A DNA stretch of 33,264 nucleotides from Candidatus Zhuqueibacterota bacterium. Its GTDB lineage: Bacteria > Zhuqueibacterota > Zhuqueibacteria > Thermofontimicrobiales > Sulfurfontimicrobiaceae. Below the pieces are notes generated by a model that saw nothing but the letters and a program-made list of their open reading frames with translations, was not told the DNA's origin and searched no databases. Location of the stretch: the NCBI GenBank assembly GCA_016927835.1, contig JAFGMA010000148.1, positions 1 to 33,264 of the forward strand, written 5' to 3'. Within the stretch, counting starts at the first letter, position 1. Every line of letters starts with the position of its first letter. Both the position numbers and the translations under genes were made by a program. Below are positions 29,203 to 33,264 of this stretch, piece by piece.

Positions 29203-30031
29203 TTTTTATGACATAATCGACGATATATTTGGGGATGTCAACACCTGTGGGTGCGATGCTGTTCTTGAACTCCATCGTATAATTCACCTCATTTACGAGC
29301 AAGCCGGTTTCTGTTTCAAAAATATCCATAGCCACGATGCCGCCGCCAACAGCTTTCGCGGCTTTGACTGAAATGTCACCAATATCGGCGGTAACGGGAC
29401 AATTTGAAGCGATGCCGCCGCGCGCGGTGTTGGTAATCCAGTGTTCCGATGTCCTGTAAATCGCAGCGATGCATTTATCCCCGACGACGAAGCTTCGAAT
29501 ATCCCTGCCCTTTTTTTCGATATATTTTTGAATATAAAAAATTGAATGGTGATACGTTCCTAAAACGGTTTTATGTTCGAGAATAGCTTCTGCAGCGTCG
29601 TGATCATTCACTTTCGACAATAACCTGCCCCACGAGCCCACCGCCGGCTTCAATACCGCGGGATATCCCATGTCTTCAATCGCTTCCAGAGCCGATGCCT
29701 CAGTAAAAGCGATCCTGACCTCCGGTTGAGGAACCTTCTTTTCCTTGAGGGCGATGGATGTCAGCAGCTTATCGCCGCAGACAGTGGCGACGTGTGACGT
29801 ATTTACGCATCTTATGCCGGCGCTTTCGAATAGCCGCATCGCGTGCAATGCCCGGGAATGGTTAATACATCGCTCAAGCACAACGTCAAGATCGAAAGCG
29901 TCTTTTCCGAGATTAAATGTCAATTGCCGATCGTCGATCATCACAATCTCAACATCTTTGCGTCGCCGAAATTCATCCAACAAAAGCTTTTCATCTTTTC
30001 TGATCAAAGAATGCAAAAATCCGATTTTCAT
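29177..30031 (-). CDS. lysX: RimK-like ATP-grasp ligase LysX (alpha-aminoadipate--LysW ligase)
   Basis: Near-colinear with Thermus LysX over the whole length: [94 protein letters not shown]. Confidence 0.9.
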   Translation of the reverse strand: MKIGFLHSLIRKDEKLLLDEFRRRKDVEIVMIDDRQLTFNLGKDAFDLDVVLERCINHSRALHAMRLFESAGIRCVNTSHVATVCGDKLLTSIALKEKKVPQPEVRIAFTEASALEAIEDMGYPAVLKPAVGSWGRLLSKVNDHDAAEAILEHKTVLGTYHHSIFYIQKYIEKKGRDIRSFVVGDKCIAAIYRTSEHWITNTARGGIASNCPVTADIGDISVKAAKAVGGGIVAMDIFETETGLLVNEVNYTMEFKNSIAPTGVDIPKYIVDYVIKIGRDGTNG

Positions 30032-30068
30032 ATTCCCTCTTTACGTTATATAATAGAGTAAATCCCCG

Positions 30069-31232
30069 TTAACTTTGCTCACTCAAATACCTGACAATAT
30101 ATTTCAATTCAGTGAGATCGACGGTGCGTCCGCGTTGTCCGACTTCCTTGACTTTTTCAAGAATGCGCAGCGCAAACGCCCGGTCCGTATTCTCTTCACC
30201 AATCTGATCCAAAGAATACCTCACCGCCGAGAGTCCGGACATGTGATCGAGAGCGATTTTAGATTTTCTTCCGACAATCGAGGGATCGAGACTCTGGTAA
30301 TGCAATGGATTTTTAAGGGCGGCTTGCGTGTGTACGCCGGCGCAATGTGTGAATGCATTTTCACCAATAACGGGAAAATTCACCGGAATCGGCAAACCGG
30401 AATATTTGCTCACGAGATGGTAAAGCTCGGGCAATTTATTCAAACGCAAATCATCCCTTGCATTGAAATCATTGACTAAAACCGCAAGCAAGATCGCCAA
30501 ATCCACAATCCCGGCTCGTTCGCCGAGACCCATCACCGAGGCATCGATGATTTCTGCCCCGGCGCGATAGCCATCGAGTGCATTTGCCAGCGCCAACCCG
30601 CGATCGTTGTGACAATGCACGGCGATGCGCGGAGAAAGGCTGCGTTTAGCTAATTCATCTTTAAGGCGCGACACATAATCATATAAATTATGTTTTGTGC
30701 CGGGAATCATAAAGCCGGTTGTATCGGCGATACTTATCACATCCGCCCCGGCATGGGCAGCTTCGCTCGCAGCAAAAATTACATTCTCAAACGAAGAGCG
30801 CACCGCATCTTCCGGGGTATACCGAACAACCAGGTCCGGTTTTAGCGCTTTGGCATACGAAATAACCTGGCTGATTTGTTCGACCGCTTGCGTCAGTCCT
30901 TTCGAGTGATGAGTCAATCGTTCTTCGGCGACACAATAAAAAATTCCGAGAAATTGTACGCCGCATTCCAGCGCCAGATCGACATCCGCTTTCAACGATC
31001 GGGCATGGGCGCCGACGCGGGCATGCAAATTTCTGCCGGCGATTTCCTCCACCGCATGTTGTATTTCATCAGTAACCGCGGGGTGACCGGCTTCAATAAT
31101 ATCCAAACCAATCTCGTTCAGCAGATCGGCAATGGCAACCTTGATATGTACATCGAAATAGACGCCTGGCGTTTGTTCGCCTTCTCTCAGGGTCGTATCG
31201 AGCAGACTGACTTTCGGTGTTACTGACCCCAA
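30069..31232 (-). CDS. hcs: Homocitrate synthase (short LeuA/NifV/HCS family form)
   Basis: LLDTTLREGEQ and HCHNDRGLALANAL..GLGERAGI motifs. 387 aa, with no LeuA regulatory domain. TTG start at 31232 with RBS aggagg 7 nt upstream. It overlaps the last 13 nt of lysW (translational coupling). The product name is taken from context. Confidence 0.75.
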   Translation of the reverse strand: MGSVTPKVSLLDTTLREGEQTPGVYFDVHIKVAIADLLNEIGLDIIEAGHPAVTDEIQHAVEEIAGRNLHARVGAHARSLKADVDLALECGVQFLGIFYCVAEERLTHHSKGLTQAVEQISQVISYAKALKPDLVVRYTPEDAVRSSFENVIFAASEAAHAGADVISIADTTGFMIPGTKHNLYDYVSRLKDELAKRSLSPRIAVHCHNDRGLALANALDGYRAGAEIIDASVMGLGERAGIVDLAILLAVLVNDFNARDDLRLNKLPELYHLVSKYSGLPIPVNFPVIGENAFTHCAGVHTQAALKNPLHYQSLDPSIVGRKSKIALDHMSGLSAVRYSLDQIGEENTDRAFALRILEKVKEVGQRGRTVDLTELKYIVRYLSEQS

Positions 31233-31384
31233 TCTTCTTCCTCCTGCGGCGCTTCAGCCAGTGTGAATGGATCCACACCGGTGACTTCGAGTTCTGTGCC
31301 ACAATCCGGGCATTCGATCAATTCGCCTTCCACCGTATCGCTGTCTAATTCGATAGGTGCGCTGCAGACTGGACATTCTGGCAT
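31220..31384 (-). CDS. lysW: Amino-group carrier protein LysW (54 aa) with a non-canonical C-terminal Gln
   Basis: MPECPVCSAPIELDSDTVEGELIECPDCGTELEVTGVDPFTLAEAPQEEEDWGQ: a zinc ribbon CPxC..CPDC plus an acidic tail. RBS aaggag is 7 nt upstream of the ATG at 31384. The terminal codon is CAG (Gln), followed by TAA. The track's longer ORF starting at 31453 lacks an RBS and has 23 extra residues. Confidence 0.85.
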   Translation of the reverse strand: MPECPVCSAPIELDSDTVEGELIECPDCGTELEVTGVDPFTLAEAPQEEEDWGQ

Positions 31385-31418
31385 ATCTGTGCTCCTTTTA
31401 TTTGCTTTAAATCCGGGT

Positions 31419-31441
31419 AAAAAAAAAGCCTGCTGGCTTTT
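31419..31441 (-). terminator. Terminator-like hairpin plus U-run on the minus strand in the lysW 5' leader (or the terminator of the upstream cytochrome gene)
   Basis: Minus-strand RNA is aaaagcc-agca-ggcuuuu followed by further U's (plus-strand A9 at 31419-31427). It sits between the putative -10 and the lysW RBS. Confidence 0.45.
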
Positions 31442-31455
31442 GTTAAAATTCATTT

Positions 31456-31484
31456 AATTTAATAAATTGATAGCTATTTGTCAA
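31456..31484 (-). promoter_or_regulatory. Sigma70-like promoter for the lysW operon
   Basis: On the minus strand: TTGACA (plus 31479-31484), a 17-nt spacer, then TAAATT (plus 31456-31461). Located in the AT-rich 140-nt gap upstream of lysW. Confidence 0.4.
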
Positions 31485-31593
31485 TACTTTTATCAGCATA
31501 ATTTTTAAAACCCAGTTACAGGATGTCGCCAGCATTCGCAGAGCGCAAAGAACGTTTAGCATCCGAAAGAGCGAAATCGATCCAACCTCGATT

Positions 31594-32895
31594 TCAATGA
31601 GCGATCCGCTTCCAATAATCATGAAACTCGAATTGCGGGCTGTTGGTATGCGTGTGACATTTTATGCATACCGATTCTCCCACCGAATCCGGGTGCGCTT
31701 CAACGGCTGGATTGATCTTTGTGACATCGAACTGGTGGCAGGCTTCGCATTGCACGGCTGTCAATTCATCCGGAATGCCTGAATCAGGCGTAATCGCTGC
31801 GCCTTTCCAGCCGGTGGTATGGCAGGCAATACAATCCCGATTTGACTTTCGTGATTGCTGAATTGGCAAAAACGCCTGCGCGTGTTTGGAATTTTGCCAC
31901 TTATCGAATTCCAAAACATGGCACTGCCGACAATAAGTGACGCCGAAGATGGGCAATCCCGTGGAGCGTTGTCCTCCCTGGTTACTCAGCATGTTGAATT
32001 CTTCAAAATAAGCCGCCGTCAGGCTATCAATCGATTCATCATCAAGGATTGTATTGTTGATGCAAATATATTCAATATTGAAATCGACCAGCCGTTTTGT
32101 ACGATCCAGGTGCAGATCGAGTCGGCCCACCTGCTGCCCGTCAACGCCGGCGCTGATGACAATTGTATCATGCAGCCGTTCGAATCCGGTCTCGGGCACA
32201 TAAGCCTGGTACCCCTGGACGATTACATCAATGCCCTCGACCTCTTCGGCGACGGTCATTAATTCCTGCCGGGTTACCTGAGCCAACAACACCCGGATGT
32301 CCGCCCGGGATCCGATGTTTTCAAGCGTCTTTTGCAATGCATCCAGCCAGGGCAGAATCTCAAGGCGATCATATTTGGCGGCTGGCATGTATCGAAAAAT
32401 GGATTCTGAGGTGATAGCAGTAATTCCGATCCGGACATCGCCGGCTTCAACAATCCGAAATGGTTGTACCAGCAGCTTCCCGGTCGCTTTTTCAATGAGA
32501 TTGGCGGAAACCAGGGCACATTTAGACCGAAGCAGCTTCGCCTCGAAAAATTCCCACCCGTCAATAAATTCCTGTTCGCTGATGGCGATCGCATCATATT
32601 TCAATGATTCGTACGCCCGGATGACAATCTCATCATTGCGCTGGCGCCCCATTGTCGAAAAAAAGCCACCGCTGTCGAGAAAAATCGATTGGGCTTGCAC
32701 CTTCCGCAACGCCTTGAAGAGCGTCATGCGTTCGGGCAAACCGCCCTGGCATTCCAACGCACAGCCGCAATCGCGGAGCACACCGTTGTTTCTGGTGGTA
32801 AAAACCAGCGTAACTGTCCGCGCCAGAACAAGTTCCCCGAAACAAATTGCGATTCCCGCAAACAGGATGAATTTATGCATTGAAAACCTGGTCAT
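31594..32895 (-). CDS. Secreted tetraheme c-type cytochrome fused to a degenerate 5'-nucleotidase/metallophosphatase-like domain
   Basis: Signal/anchor MHKFILFAGIAICFGELVLA. The N-terminal ~300 aa resemble the 5'-nucleotidase fold (LVSANLIEKATGK, GIDVIVQGY), but the metal ligands are replaced (TTRNNG for the DxH motif, SEQEF for GNHE). There is a Cys cluster DCGCALEC. The C-terminus has four CxxCH motifs (CRQCH, CIACH, CEACH, CIKCH). Confidence 0.75.
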   Translation of the reverse strand: MTRFSMHKFILFAGIAICFGELVLARTVTLVFTTRNNGVLRDCGCALECQGGLPERMTLFKALRKVQAQSIFLDSGGFFSTMGRQRNDEIVIRAYESLKYDAIAISEQEFIDGWEFFEAKLLRSKCALVSANLIEKATGKLLVQPFRIVEAGDVRIGITAITSESIFRYMPAAKYDRLEILPWLDALQKTLENIGSRADIRVLLAQVTRQELMTVAEEVEGIDVIVQGYQAYVPETGFERLHDTIVISAGVDGQQVGRLDLHLDRTKRLVDFNIEYICINNTILDDESIDSLTAAYFEEFNMLSNQGGQRSTGLPIFGVTYCRQCHVLEFDKWQNSKHAQAFLPIQQSRKSNRDCIACHTTGWKGAAITPDSGIPDELTAVQCEACHQFDVTKINPAVEAHPDSVGESVCIKCHTHTNSPQFEFHDYWKRIAH

Positions 32896-33264
32896 TTTCG
32901 ATAGTGCATTCCTCTGGTAATTAAATTCCTGTTTATGATGTTACATGCCAATATCATCAGGGTTAATGGGAAAGTTGTTATTCCCGCATCTTTTTAGCGG
33001 CGCGCCGCCCGGCGGGTATCCAGGAGGGGTTGGGGATGTAATTTTTCTCTTAACCTAACGACGTTGATTTACATGAAATTTATTTGTTTTACAATTAATC
33101 ATACAATTTTTTCGCCGCTGACTGGCATTCGCTGGCTAACATTTTTGCCGAGAAAATGATTCAGTGGTTGCTTCCCGATTTATACTGCAAACGGTCATAA
33201 ATTGAACATTTTTTTACTGTCATTGCGAGGCGTTTTTTGCCGAAGCAATCTTTTCAGTGCTTAA

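Noticed and set aside
31385-31453. N-terminal extension of LysW to 77 aa (track start 31453)
   Set aside because: The extension (MNFNKSQQAFFLPGFKANKRSTD) precedes a perfect RBS plus ATG at 31384, which yields the canonical 54-aa LysW. The extension would also include the promoter and hairpin.
1-33264. CRISPR arrays, tRNA/rRNA genes, transposases, integrases, phage genes
   Set aside because: I found no direct-repeat arrays, no tRNA-like T-loop/acceptor structures in intergenic regions, and no ORFs with transposase, integrase or phage signatures.

Overview
This ~33 kb window looks like chromosomal DNA from a Gram-negative, probably uncultivated FCB-like bacterium, about 47% GC. It uses the standard code: TAA, TGA and TAG all terminate conserved genes (rpmB ends in TAG). 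Coding density is high, and TTG starts with good RBSs occur at gltX and hcs.

Gene order, left to right:
- A Cys-type sulfatase with no signal peptide.
- A membrane SPFH/flotillin-like protein, followed by a 1904-aa cytoplasmic giant protein. The giant protein has tandem PLP-aminotransferase-like modules and a C-terminal block of phosphoenolpyruvate-carboxylase (PEPC)-like motifs in which the catalytic residues are substituted.
- rpmB (L28) on the minus strand.
- An orphan MtaC/MtbC-type corrinoid protein, a DegT-family aminotransferase, a PIG-L/LmbE deacetylase, and a second cytoplasmic sulfatase on the minus strand.
- gltX.
- An OmpA-family gene with thrombospondin type-3 repeats, disrupted by an in-frame TAG and a -1 frameshift.
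- A long minus-strand block: a 1246-aa secreted TPR protein, uvrD/pcrA, mltG, then lysJ-lysZ-[class II glutamine amidotransferase / Ntn hydrolase]-lysY-lysX-hcs-lysW, and a tetraheme cytochrome c fused to a degenerate 5'-nucleotidase-like domain.

The lysW cluster is the most interesting candidate. It is an amino-group-carrier-protein alpha-aminoadipate lysine pathway, but the carrier ends in Gln instead of the canonical Glu. An Ntn-type amidohydrolase is embedded in the operon, translationally coupled to its neighbours, and no LysK releasing hydrolase is present. That suggests a Pup/Dop-like deamidation priming step, or a new release step. I found no CRISPR arrays, tRNA or rRNA genes, or mobile elements.
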